Notes: generated by a model not told the origin, from the letters alone. A DNA stretch of 32,000 nucleotides from Candidatus Kuenenia stuttgartensis (GCF_900232105.1 NZ_LT934425.1:2790001-2822000); one strand, 5' to 3'. Shown: positions 15,614-24,680, numbered from the stretch's first letter. Program-made: numbers and translations.

Positions 15614-15829
15614 ATGACTAATGCAAACAAAACTAAGCAGTGCTTTCTTGAACTGTTAAATCCCCATAAGGATTTACTGTACAAATACGGCAAACACATA
15701 ATACGGAACGTGAATGATGCTGAAGATGCATTGCAAACAACGATTATGAACGCCTACAAGACTCTTGATATATTTATGGACAATAGGTTCCGGCGGGCTT
15801 TTTTTCAAGGGACGCAGGGAAAAGGCTGA
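15614..15829 (+). pseudogene. N-terminal fragment of an ECF-type sigma-70 factor
   Basis: FLELLNPHKDLLYKYGKHIIRNVNDAEDALQTTIMNAYKTLDIF fits sigma region 2.1-2.2. The remainder of the protein is missing. Confidence 0.5.
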
Positions 15830-16204
15830 CGTCAGATACCGGTCATCTGAAATACCATTGGCAAAGGTACAGCAGGATATCATACAAGATATAATCGTTG
15901 TCCATACACAGGTACATATCAGGCAGGAACAAATAACGATTGCAAAACAAGGTGTTATGGATGCGGAGAAATCTCTCAGGCTGAATGAAAACCGGCTGAA
16001 ACATGGTATGGGATTGCCCCTTGAGGTATACTACAGGCCGAAGACGCCTTTATACAAGCAAGAAGGGATCGTATCCCGGCAATTATCGATTATAACAAGG
16101 CGCAATACACACTTTTTGTAAGTGTGGGAAACAGACCCTGGCGCCGGCATACCTCACTTGAAAGTCTTTGCAATCCGAACGGATGCTTTCCCGATTTTTT
16201 GTAA
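15798..16204 (+). pseudogene. C-terminal fragment of a TolC-like outer-membrane efflux protein, frameshifted
   Basis: ...IAKQGVMDAEKSLRLNENRLKHGMGLPLEV is followed by a frame change at about 16029 to LQAEDAFIQARRDRIPAIIDYNKAQYTLFVSVGNRP...*, with the stop at 16202-16204. Confidence 0.55.
16088..16176 (+). repeat. Direct repeat copy 1 (72 + 17 bp), the 3' end of the tolC-like fragment
   Basis: GATTATAACAAGGCGCAATACACACTTTTTGTAAGTGTGGGAAACAGACCCTGGCGCCGGCATACCTCACTT followed by GAAAGTCTTTGCAATCC recurs at 17177-17278. Confidence 0.95.
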
Positions 16205-16216
16205 AAAAATTCAAAG

Positions 16217-16247
16217 GTAGGGTGCATTAAGCGATAGCGAATCCACC
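16217..16247 (+). repeat. Degenerate REP of the RAYT-associated family
   Basis: GTAGGGTGCATTaagcgatagcgAATCCACC; compare 6746-6775 and 7634-7663. Confidence 0.6.
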
Positions 16248-16466
16248 ATTCAATACCATGTCCCTACAATAAATATCTCATCAATAATTAAGTATGGCGT
16301 CCCCTGAATATGATCACAAAAATTGACATTCAGGTTTTTATTGACAAAGCTTTTTAAAAAAATTACCCTTGTGCAAGGATGAACGAAGCAAAGCCGACTC
16401 TGCATTAAAGATAATTTTTGTAACTATTCAGCGTAATTTATTAAACTACCGGAGATCAGAGCGCAA

Positions 16467-16648
16467 CTCGTTACCAAACCACAGTTTGGGAACACAATTG
16501 CACTGGAAACTTTGTTTCCAGTGCGTGTCAGACTTGACGAATTACAAACTGTCTTAACCCTGTGATTTTATTCCCTATCTATCAGCAAACAGGCGAGAAA
16601 CCGGAGTTTCTCGAACAAATGCATTCCCAAACTGGAGTTTGGGAACGA
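16467..16648. mobile_element. MITE family D, copy 2 (182 bp)
   Basis: It has imperfect roughly 44-bp TIRs, CTCGTTACCAAACCACAGTTTGGGAAC... and ...GTTCCCAAACTGGAGTTTGGGAACGAG. Each terminus folds into its own hairpin. Confidence 0.7.
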
Positions 16649-16709
16649 GCCGTGTATCGTTTACTCTGAATAGTTACTAATTTTTCCATGTTTAAGGAGA
16701 TATAACAAA

Positions 16710-16931
16710 ATGATAAAAAAATTAGCCAAATTTAAACCCCGGTATGTTCTCGATAAGAAAGGTAAAAAAATTGCTGTTGTTTTTGATCTTCATGAATATC
16801 AATCTATTATAGAGTTTATTGAAGATGTCGAAGACTCCAGAGACCTATTAAAAGCGGAATTGAACGCCACCGACTTTACACCGTACGAGGAATTCCGGAA
16901 AAAATGGCTAAACCACAAGGTTATCAGATAA
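16710..16931 (+). CDS. Type II antitoxin (Phd/YefM- or RelB-like)
   Basis: 73 aa. The pattern ...KKIAVVFDLHEYQSIIEFIEDVEDSRDLLKA is typical of antitoxin N-domains. It overlaps the toxin gene by 28 nt. Confidence 0.65.
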   Translation: MIKKLAKFKPRYVLDKKGKKIAVVFDLHEYQSIIEFIEDVEDSRDLLKAELNATDFTPYEEFRKKWLNHKVIR

Positions 16932-17173
16932 TTCTTGAAAAGAGGGCTAAGAAGGAAGCTGAGAACATTCCTCCGCCACAGAGACACAGAATTGACAAAG
17001 CCATTAGTTCTCTTTCGGTTAATCCAAGACCTGTCTCATGTAAAAAAATTACACAAAAAGAAGGTTATCGCATTCGTGCCGGAAACTATAGGATTCTTTA
17101 TACGATAGATGATAAAGCAAAGATAATCGTTATTTACCGCATAAAAGTAAAAGGCAAGGATACGTATAAATAA
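16904..17173 (+). CDS. RelE/ParE-family type II toxin
   Basis: 89 aa. It shows L..NPRP...KK...KEGYRIRAGNYRILYTIDD...I.V..I..KGKDTY. Confidence 0.8.
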   Translation: MAKPQGYQIILEKRAKKEAENIPPPQRHRIDKAISSLSVNPRPVSCKKITQKEGYRIRAGNYRILYTIDDKAKIIVIYRIKVKGKDTYK

Positions 17174-17176
17174 ATT

Positions 17177-17278
17177 GATTATAACAAGGCGCAATACACA
17201 CTTTTTGTAAGTGTGGGAAACAGACCCTGGCGCCGGCATACCTCACTTAAAACACGCACCTGAAAGTCTTTGCAATCC
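17177..17278 (+). repeat. Direct repeat copy 2 (72 bp + 13-nt insert + 17 bp)
   Basis: It is identical to 16088-16159 and 16160-16176 except for the inserted AAAACACGCACCT (17249-17261). Confidence 0.95.
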
Positions 17279-17331
17279 AGACACTTGTATTGGCAGCAAT
17301 TCTGAAACATATGAGAGTAAAGGCCGCGCAT

Positions 17332-18074
17332 ATGAAAAAAACTTTATTTATATTTCTCGCCATATTCACAACCATATCTGCGGTGAATTTAAGAAATGTA
17401 TCTTCCGATGCTGAGACAAAGGAAATGAAACATAGCTCCGCGCTCAACGATGCCGGAAAGAAACACAACAGGCTTATCCATGAAAAGAGTCCGTATTTAC
17501 TGCAGCATGCAGACAACCCCGTAGACTGGTATGCCTGGGGGCCTGAGGCCTTTGAAAAAGCCAGGAAGGAAAACAAACCCATCTTCCTTTCCATTGGTTA
17601 TTCAACCTGTCACTGGTGCCACGTAATGGCGCACGAATCATTCGAAGATCCGGAGGTTGCCAGGTTAATGAATGAGGTATTTATCTGTATTAAGGTAGAT
17701 AGAGAAGAGCGGCCTGACATAGACAATATTTATATGCGTGTCTGCCAGATGATGACGGGCAGTGGCGGCTGGCCGCTTACTATTGTCATGACGCCTGACA
17801 AAAAACCCTTTTATGCCGGCACATATATCCCGAAGAAAAGCTATGGACGGATAGGCATGCTGGACCTGGTACCCCGTATCAAAGAATTATGGAACATACA
17901 ACACGCTGATATTCAAAAATCAGCCAATCTGATTACGGCCAGTCTTGGCCAGTTTTCTCATGACCCTTCAGAGGCAAGGCTTGACGCCTCTACCTTAAAG
18001 GCTGCATATGAGCTGCTCGCCAGGCGCTTTAGTGAGCAGCATGGCGGTTTCAGCACTTCGCCAAAATTCCCTAG
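17332..18074 (+). pseudogene. DUF255/YyaL thioredoxin-domain protein, N-terminal part (interrupted by an IS)
   Basis: A signal-like [12 protein letters not shown] is followed by [47 protein letters not shown]. The ATG at 17332 is preferred over the one at 17290. Confidence 0.85.
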
Positions 18075-20082
18075 CGTGAGTTTATCACGAAATAAGGTGT
18101 AAGACAAAGACATCAAGTTGCAATCCAATGATTTGTATCGGGTTGCGACTTTTTTTGTCTAAAAAATTATGTATACACTGAATAATACTATATTTATATT
18201 GCATTATATGCCTGTATATACTATTATACACGGAGTATTAATCTATTACGTATACACTAACAACTAATAGCCATGGCTACCATTCAATCTAAAAACTCCA
18301 GAGGTTATAAATATTGGTATATTGTCGAATCGCGGCGCGTTAACGGCAAGCCCAGGCCCATCGTCCTGGCCTATCTTGGCAAGGCAGACGATTTATTAAA
18401 ACAACTGCAAGGTCTTACCGAAAAATTACGGCTCAAATCTTATTCACATGGCGCGGTAGCCGCATTGCTAAGTGTGGCCAATGCCCTGGACGTCCCTTCC
18501 GTGATTAATAAATATATAAAGTCGCCACGGCAGTATTGTGCTAAAAAACCTGTTCGAAATAATCTGACCGCCGGAAGTACCCTCTTGTTGGGTGCCGTGG
18601 GGAGAGTGTGTGTGCCTACCAGCAAAAGAGGATGGTGGGATTGGGCAAAGACGACTACTGCCGAATACTTACTCAGACACAGCTTGAGTAAAATAGACAG
18701 TCAGCATTTCTGGGATTTGATGGATGCACTTCCTGAAGAATCCATTGCAGAAATCGAGCGCGAATTAATTGAAAAGACATTTAAAACATACAACCTTCAA
18801 AGCGACACACTGTTTTTTGATACAACCAATTTTTTCACGTATATCGACACAACTAATCTGCGATGCACTATTGCCCGGCGGGGGAAAAACAAACAAAAGC
18901 GATACGATCTCAGGCAGGTCGGGTTGGCGATGGTCGTTACACGTAACGACATGATACCGTTGTTTCACCATACCTATCAGGGGAACATGGCGGATGCAAA
19001 GGTGTTCAGCGCGGTTCTTGAGACGATAAAAGACAGGATGACCGGATTAGGTTTCGACAGCAAAAAGCACACTATTGTTTTTGATCGTGGAAACAATTCC
19101 ATGGACAATATGGCTATTGTAGAGAGATTGGCATTGCATTACGTTGGAGCGCTTACACCGTATCATCACAAGCAGTTGGTAGGGGATGCCATGTGTAATT
19201 TCAGGGAATATGACGTTGACGGCAGTAAGATACAGGTGTACCATGACAAACGGGTTATTTGGGGGCAGGAAAGAACCGTTGTCGTATTTATTTCCGAGAA
19301 ATTAAAGGTTGGGCAATTAAGGGGAATGTCTCAGTCTCTGGAAAAGGCAGAACATCAGTTAAAGCTCTTACAGCAGCATCTGTGTAATCCAAAGGGAAAG
19401 ATGCGGGACAAAGAGGGTCTGGAGGATACGATAAGAAGTGTAGTGAAATGTCAATTTGCGAAGGATGTTATCGATTGGTCGTTAAAAGAGGTATCTGAAG
19501 GCAAGTTTCAATTGAATTTTTCAATCGACCAGAAAAAGCTCGAAGAAATAGAAGGGGAACTGGGGTTCAGGATTCTTATGACAGACCATCACGATTGGGA
19601 TACCGCGGACATTATAAAAGCCTACTATGGGCAATCAAAAATTGAACATGCCTTTAGAAATCTCAAGAACCCCTATCACCTTGCTTTAAAACCGCAATTT
19701 CACTGGACGGATCAGAAAATCAGGGTGCATTTTTTTATTTGCGTCCTCGGATACCTAATGGCGGCGATTGTGTGGTATCAGGCAAAAGCGCACGCACAAT
19801 TTAGTGGAACGTTAGATACCCTGTTAGACACCCTTAATAATATAAGGCTTTCTGCTATGCTTGAAGAAACAAAGGCCAGAGGGAGAGTTAAGGCTACCTA
19901 CAAATTGGAAGAAATGTCCGACAAGGAATCTCTGTTGATGAATGCGTTAGGCATTATGGATTTCCACAAACATCGGCTGAAACTTCAAGGACTCAGTGTA
20001 TACAATTGATGTTGTGCTTAACGCATTGACTGTATTTATGTTACGTTGCTTCATGCCTTATTTTGTGATAAACTCACGCTAG
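18071..20082 (+). mobile_element. IS element (IS1634/IS4-superfamily-like), about 2.0 kb
   Basis: The 23-bp IRs are CGTGAGTTTATCACGAAATAAGG (18075-18097) and CCTTATTTTGTGATAAACTCACG (20056-20078), with 1 mismatch. Both ends abut CTAG, which is either a 4-bp TSD or part of the IR. Confidence 0.9.
18273..20009 (+). CDS. DDE transposase, IS1634-family-like (578 aa)
   Basis: It is the single long ORF between the IRs. The N-terminus ...KYWYIVESRRVNGKPRPIVLAYLGK resembles IS1634-group transposases, from memory. Confidence 0.8.
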   Translation: MATIQSKNSRGYKYWYIVESRRVNGKPRPIVLAYLGKADDLLKQLQGLTEKLRLKSYSHGAVAALLSVANALDVPSVINKYIKSPRQYCAKKPVRNNLTAGSTLLLGAVGRVCVPTSKRGWWDWAKTTTAEYLLRHSLSKIDSQHFWDLMDALPEESIAEIERELIEKTFKTYNLQSDTLFFDTTNFFTYIDTTNLRCTIARRGKNKQKRYDLRQVGLAMVVTRNDMIPLFHHTYQGNMADAKVFSAVLETIKDRMTGLGFDSKKHTIVFDRGNNSMDNMAIVERLALHYVGALTPYHHKQLVGDAMCNFREYDVDGSKIQVYHDKRVIWGQERTVVVFISEKLKVGQLRGMSQSLEKAEHQLKLLQQHLCNPKGKMRDKEGLEDTIRSVVKCQFAKDVIDWSLKEVSEGKFQLNFSIDQKKLEEIEGELGFRILMTDHHDWDTADIIKAYYGQSKIEHAFRNLKNPYHLALKPQFHWTDQKIRVHFFICVLGYLMAAIVWYQAKAHAQFSGTLDTLLDTLNNIRLSAMLEETKARGRVKATYKLEEMSDKESLLMNALGIMDFHKHRLKLQGLSVYN

Positions 20083-21544
20083 CCCCCAAAACCTTCTCTT
20101 CTTACTGCGCTACTGGAAGAGTACGGGCGAAGGGAATGCCCTTAGGATGGTGGTCAAAACCCTCCATTCCATGCGGAAAGGCGGCATATACGACCACATC
20201 GGATATGGTTTTCATCGATATTCTACTGACCCCGAATGGCTCGTCCCCCATTTTGAAAAAATGCTTTATGATCAGGCAATGCTGGCAATGGCATATACAG
20301 AGGCATATCTGGCAACGGGGAGGAAAGAATTCGGTGAGACCGCAAAAGAGATATTTGCATACGTTATGCGTGACATGACAGACCCGAAAGGAGGATTCTG
20401 CTCTGCCGAGGATGCTGACAGCGAGGGTAAGGAGGGGAAGTTTTATGTCTGGACAGAAGAGGAGATTCGCCATGCCCTCAAAGAAGATGATGCAAACCTG
20501 ATTATCAATGTATTTAACATCGAAAAGGCAGGTAATTTCAAAGATGAAATAGCCGGCAGGAATACGGGAGACAACATCCTGCATCTGAAAAAAAGCCTTG
20601 CAGAAATAGCCTTAGAGAATAAGACATCATTGGATGAACTCAAAGAACGTGTCGAAACTGCCAGAAGGAAATTGTTTGCTGTGCGCAGTAAAAGAATTCG
20701 TCCGCACAAGGATGATAAAATATTGACAGACTGGAACGGGCTAATGATAGCTGCCCTGGCAAAAGGGGCGCAGGCATTTGATGCGCCGGAATATTTGGCT
20801 GCGGCAAAACGTGCGGCAGACTTTATTCTTTCGGACATGCGCAGGCAGGATGGAAGATTGCTGCACCGTTACCGTGGCGGCCAGGCAGGCATACCGGCCT
20901 TTGCAGATGATTACGCCTTCTTTATATGGGGACTACTTGAACTCTATGAAACAAACTTCAATGTAAATTATCTCCGGACAGCGCTGGACCTGAACAGTGA
21001 CATGATAAAACATTTCTGGGATAATCAAAACGGTGGTTTTTATTTTACTGCGGATGATGCAGAGGACCTTATCGTTCGGCAGAAAGAAGTCTACGACGGC
21101 GCCATACCATCCGGGAATTCAGTAGCGGCCCTGAACTTATTCAGGCTTGCGAGAATCACCGCAGACCCTGAGCTTGAAGAGAAGGCAAATAAAACAATGC
21201 TCGCCTTTTCCACGGAGGTGAAAAAAATGCCTGCCGGTTACACACAGATGATGATAGGGCTTAGTTTCGGAATAGGCCCTGCTTATGAGATTATCATAGC
21301 AGGCAACCCGCGCGCAGTGGACACCAGGGACATGCTTAATACTCTCAGAAGACATTTTATACCCAATAAGATCGTACTCTTAAGACCGACAGATGAAGAA
21401 ACCCCGGAGATCACCAGAATCGCCAAATTCACAGAGCATCAATCAGGCATAGACGGCAAAGCTACCGCTTATATCTGCCGTGATTACACATGTAAGATGC
21501 CTGTGACAGATACGAAAGAAATGCTTAAACTGCTCAAAGAATAG
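20079..21544 (+). pseudogene. DUF255/YyaL thioredoxin-domain protein, C-terminal (alpha/alpha)6 part
   Basis: From 20081 it reads SPQNLLFLLRYWKSTGEGNALRMVVKTLHSMRKGGIYDHIGYGFHRYSTDPEWLVPHFEKMLYDQA... It is in frame with 17332-18074 once the IS and one CTAG are removed. Confidence 0.85.
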
Positions 21545-21704
21545 GGAACACTTCCCGTATTTCATTATAGCCCGCCGCTTCTTTTATATTTGCGGTTTAT
21601 GTATTATGTGTATACCGGATTTGTCCCGCCTATCCTTCTGGCAAGGGATTCTTCTTGTTCAGGCGTCACAAGTATATGGACGTGGTCTGTCATAAGACAG
21701 TATG

Positions 21705-22068
21705 GGGTGCATTCCCGATTTTTTGTATATCTTCACACATTTTGTTTTTTTACAAAGAATTGTAATACTTTAGTCCTATGAAAAAAACCGCTCGTTCCCA
21801 AGCTCCGGCTTGGGAACGTAATTGTGTTGGAAGCTCCAGCTTCGAATGGAAAAGGGAATGAACCCATTATGTCAGCTTGGAGGCTTTTCAGTATGTTACC
21901 CAAGATATTTGGGAACCTCTTTTGAATCGAATAATACATGAAGCTTCGCTTGCCGGCTAAATGGAAGCTAGAGCTTCCAACACAATTACGTTCCCAAGCC
22001 GGAGCTTGAGAACGAGCATTTTTGTTTTTCAAAAATCTAAACTGTTACAAAAAATCAGGAATGCTCCC
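21705..22068. mobile_element. Composite MITE (364 bp) with an 8-bp TSD
   Basis: The TIRs are GGGTGCATTCCCGATTTTTTGTA (left) and TACAAAAAATCAGGAATGCTCCC (right). The flanking ACAGTATG appears at 21697-21704 and 22069-22076. Confidence 0.85.
21790..22017. repeat. MITE family D, copy 1 (228 bp), nested in the composite MITE
   Basis: It has 47-bp TIRs with 1 mismatch: GCTCGTTCCCAAGCTCCGGCTTGGGAACGTAATTGTGTTGGAAGCTC and its complement. Confidence 0.85.
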
Positions 22069-22546
22069 AACAGTATGCCCAAATATCCAACCCCCGTTTT
22101 TTGCTATAGACACTGAGAGTTTTTAGATAAAACGCCTTGTCTTCATCGTCAAAAAAGACGTCTCCCTGATTGTTTCCACGTTGAGTGATATGGTGCGGAT
22201 AATTCACAGCGCATACTCTCGCTATTTTTTTGGCATACAGAGGAAAATATCACACCTTAAAGTGCATGTCAAAAATATGGGAAGTGTCCCTCCAATTCCT
22301 GTAATGCATCGCGCAGCCTTTGGGCATTTCGAAATGCGAATTTGTGTAACACTTTAGCTTTTTGAAAAATTCCTACAATAACGATATACCGTATTAATGC
22401 ATCAGGAGCAAGGATGCTCCGGCATATCTTAGTTTTTTGAAAATGTAGCGCTGATCCCTTGTGGTAGGCTTGTGCGGGGGATAAACCTCCCGCGCTACGT
22501 ATTCTGTTTAGTACTTATCAAATTCCCCTCATGGAAGGGGTAAGGG

Positions 22547-23305
22547 CTTATGTTTATACACATCTTTTTCCATTCCGTGTTTTCGGTTGCACAGGCCCAA
22601 AGGCTTTCCAGGCCAATGTGAAGTCTACCATTCGTTGCAGGCCAACCCACATGGTTTTTTGGCCTGGTGAGCCATCGCATTTGCGATTTAAGTATCCTCC
22701 CAGACTTGATACCATTACGGTAAAGTCTCCGGGCGATGGCGGGGTTTCGGGTGGAGCTTCATTTTTGGCAATCATATACACGGGTTTCCATTCATCATCC
22801 TCTAAAAGTGCTGTACACGGCAAATCCGGGCATTCCCTTCCAAACATGGTAACAAACAATACCCGCCATGCTACTATCATATAAAGAGCAATACACGGCT
22901 TGATACGCTCCGCTGTCTCCAATTGGCGCTCTTCTATCTTGCAACCGCTCTTTAATACTTTAAAATATATCTCTATCTGCCATCGGCAAAGGTAACATTC
23001 CACCACGAGACACGCTTGCCTGAAGGTGTCTGCGGGGAGGCTGGTGAGCAGCAACCAGGCGATCGGCTCTTCTCCTCCGGGAGGATTGATCTCTTCACTG
23101 AAGGGCGTCGTGGGTAAACGACCTTCCGCATAATCGCTCTGGTATTCCTTTATTCATCCATCATCTCCTTGTAATGCAGTTTGTATTTACTCAAAAAGAT
23201 AATTATAATTATTCAGTGTTTCTGTACCCAGCTAAATTTCTTAATATATCTTCTCCCTCGCCACAATGACTCTAAGGAAACGAAAAAGATGTGTATAAAC
23301 ATAAG
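22547..23305 (-). mobile_element. Internally deleted IS4-family (IS50/Tn5-like) element, 759 bp
   Basis: It has perfect 24-bp IRs, CTTATGTTTATACACATCTTTTTC (22547-22570) and its complement (23282-23305). The 9-bp TSD GGGTAAGGG lies at 22538-22546 and 23306-23314. Confidence 0.85.
22554..23153 (-). pseudogene. C-terminal roughly 200 aa of a Tn5-like IS4-family transposase
   Basis: ...EEINPPGGEEPIAWLLLTSLP...YLCRWQIEIYFKVLKSGCKIEERQL...VAWRVLF...LGGYLNRKCDGSPGQKTMWVGLQRM. There is no N-terminal catalytic half, and a stop lies at 23154-23156. Confidence 0.8.
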
Positions 23306-23576
23306 GGGTAAGGGGTGGGTAAAAGTGAATGTTGTTGGGTTTTTGTCTTTTATAACCCAACCTAATTTATATTCGTTTATTATGACTTTGGCGTTGCCGT
23401 GGCGTAGAATGCTTTTAACTTGCATTCACCAACATGTTATGATATACAGTTGTGAACATTTTCTTTACGTATTTTGAAGGGCTACCGTTTAATAAAAAGG
23501 AAGTATTACTATCCAGAAAAATATACCGGATGTTTCTCATCCGTGGTTCTACCTTGTATTTTTTGTTGCGGGATTA

Positions 23577-24401
23577 GTGGTAGGGAGTTTTCTCAATGTC
23601 TGTATCTATCGAATCCCGAAGAATAAATCCTTGATACATCCCCGCTCATTTTGCCCGCACTGCAAGGTGTCTATCAATTGGTTTGATAATATTCCTGTTA
23701 TTAGTTATATGTTTCTGCTTGGGCGTTGCCGGGCATGCGGAAACAGGTTATCAATACGTTATCCGCTCGTAGAATTGCTGACAGGTTGTGCTTTTTTACA
23801 ACTGTATTATATTTTTATTGTATGCCGAAGTGAATCTTTCTGTGTGCTTTTTGGATATCTGGCTCTTTGTTGTGCGCTGATAATATCTGCCTTTGTTGAT
23901 CTTGAATTACGCATAATTCCCAACGAAATCACCTTTATCGGTATTCCGGTCTTTGTTGTTTTAAGTATTGTATGTCCGGATCTGCATCATGCACAGAATA
24001 CATTGAGAAGATTTACCTTTATTGACATACACCGGCTAGACTCGTTTATTGCCTCGCTCATCGGTATTTTTACCGGAGGCGGACTCATTTTCCTATGCGG
24101 TGTGATGGGAAAACTTCTTTTTAAAAAAGATGCCATGGGTTTTGGCGATGTAAAACTTATGGGTATGATTGGCGCTGTTGTCGGCTGGAAGCTGGCGGTG
24201 GCGGTATTTTTTGTTGCGCCATTTTTCGGACTTCTGATGGCAATCCCCGTATTTGTGTTTAAAAAAAGCCATTTGATCCCTTACGGGCCGTTTTTATCGA
24301 TAGCTGCTTTGGTATGCATCTGTTTTCAGGATTATTTTATAGGGCAAATCAATTTATATATACTGGTATTCCGTGTTTTTTTAAATGGTTTTCCTGCCTA
24401 A
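23577..24401 (+). CDS. pilD: Prepilin peptidase (A24 family, PilD-like)
   Basis: GSFLNVCIYRIP, CPHC...CRAC, and GFGDVKLMGMIGAVVGW. The frame is open from 23496, and the upstream part encodes the expected first TM helix (PWFYLVFFVAGLVV) without any ATG/GTG/TTG. Confidence 0.85.
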   Translation: MVGSFLNVCIYRIPKNKSLIHPRSFCPHCKVSINWFDNIPVISYMFLLGRCRACGNRLSIRYPLVELLTGCAFLQLYYIFIVCRSESFCVLFGYLALCCALIISAFVDLELRIIPNEITFIGIPVFVVLSIVCPDLHHAQNTLRRFTFIDIHRLDSFIASLIGIFTGGGLIFLCGVMGKLLFKKDAMGFGDVKLMGMIGAVVGWKLAVAVFFVAPFFGLLMAIPVFVFKKSHLIPYGPFLSIAALVCICFQDYFIGQINLYILVFRVFLNGFPA

Positions 24402-24430
24402 AAATGCGGTATTTATCCTGTCAAAGCACC

Positions 24431-24586
24431 TATAGTCAAACAAATCTGATTTTTGAAAAGTAGGGGTTAAGCATTTGCCAGTTTGGGTATGAACTTATTT
24501 ATGACAATTTATAGCAAATGCTTCGCCCCTACACTATACGGCAAACATCACTATTATTGGAATTTTTCAAAAAACTACAGTGTTAC
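24431..24586. mobile_element. MITE family B/A chimera with a REP-B palindrome (24460-24532)
   Basis: The left arm is TATAGTCAAACAAATCTGATTTTTGAAAA. The core is GTAGGGGTTAAGCATTTGCC...GCAAATGCTTCGCCCCTAC. The right arm is TTTTTCAAAAAACTACAGTGTTAC. Confidence 0.75.
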
Positions 24587-24680
24587 CAAAAAGAATGTAT
24601 TTTTATAATGAGAAACTGCTTTGCGGTTTTCTGTATCCCTTAATTTCTAGTGGCATTGCTCGTGAAAGGAAAAAAAGAAT

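Larger units (their letters stand above)
21565..22207 (-). pseudogene. IS200-like Y1 (HUH) transposase gene, split by a MITE, with a nonsense codon and a 3' truncation
   Basis: Fragment 1 (22207-22069) reads (V)NYPHHITQRGNNQGDVFFDDEDKAFYLKTLSVYSKKRGLDIWAYC. Fragment 2 (21704 downward) reads LMTDHVHILVTPEQEESLARRIGGTNPVYT*YINRKYKRSGGL*. Confidence 0.7.

Noticed and set aside
16322-16360. Tandem TTGACA boxes as the promoter of the TA operon
   Set aside because: They lie more than 350 nt upstream of the antitoxin start with a MITE in between. There is no convincing -10 at the proper spacing, so the call is too speculative.
17290-17331. ATG at 17290 as the start of the DUF255 gene
   Set aside because: The ATG at 17332 gives a typical signal-like N-terminus ([12 protein letters not shown]). 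The upstream extension overlaps the direct-repeat/intergenic sequence.
21733-22032. 99-aa minus-strand ORF
   Set aside because: It lies entirely within the MITE D1 hairpin element, whose 47-bp TIRs generate the mirrored peptide ends.
22547-22570. Nextera/Tn5 mosaic-end adapter contamination (AGATGTGTATAA...)
   Set aside because: Identity to the ME stops after 12 nt. The sequence is present as a perfect 24-bp inverted pair around a Tn5-like transposase remnant with a 9-bp target duplication, so it is a genuine IS.
22531-22884. 117-aa plus-strand ORF
   Set aside because: It is antisense to the Tn5-like transposase fragment and crosses the IS terminal repeat.
23181-23477. 98-aa plus-strand ORF
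   Set aside because: It spans the IS remnant end, the TSD and AT-rich flank. It has no RBS or domain signal.
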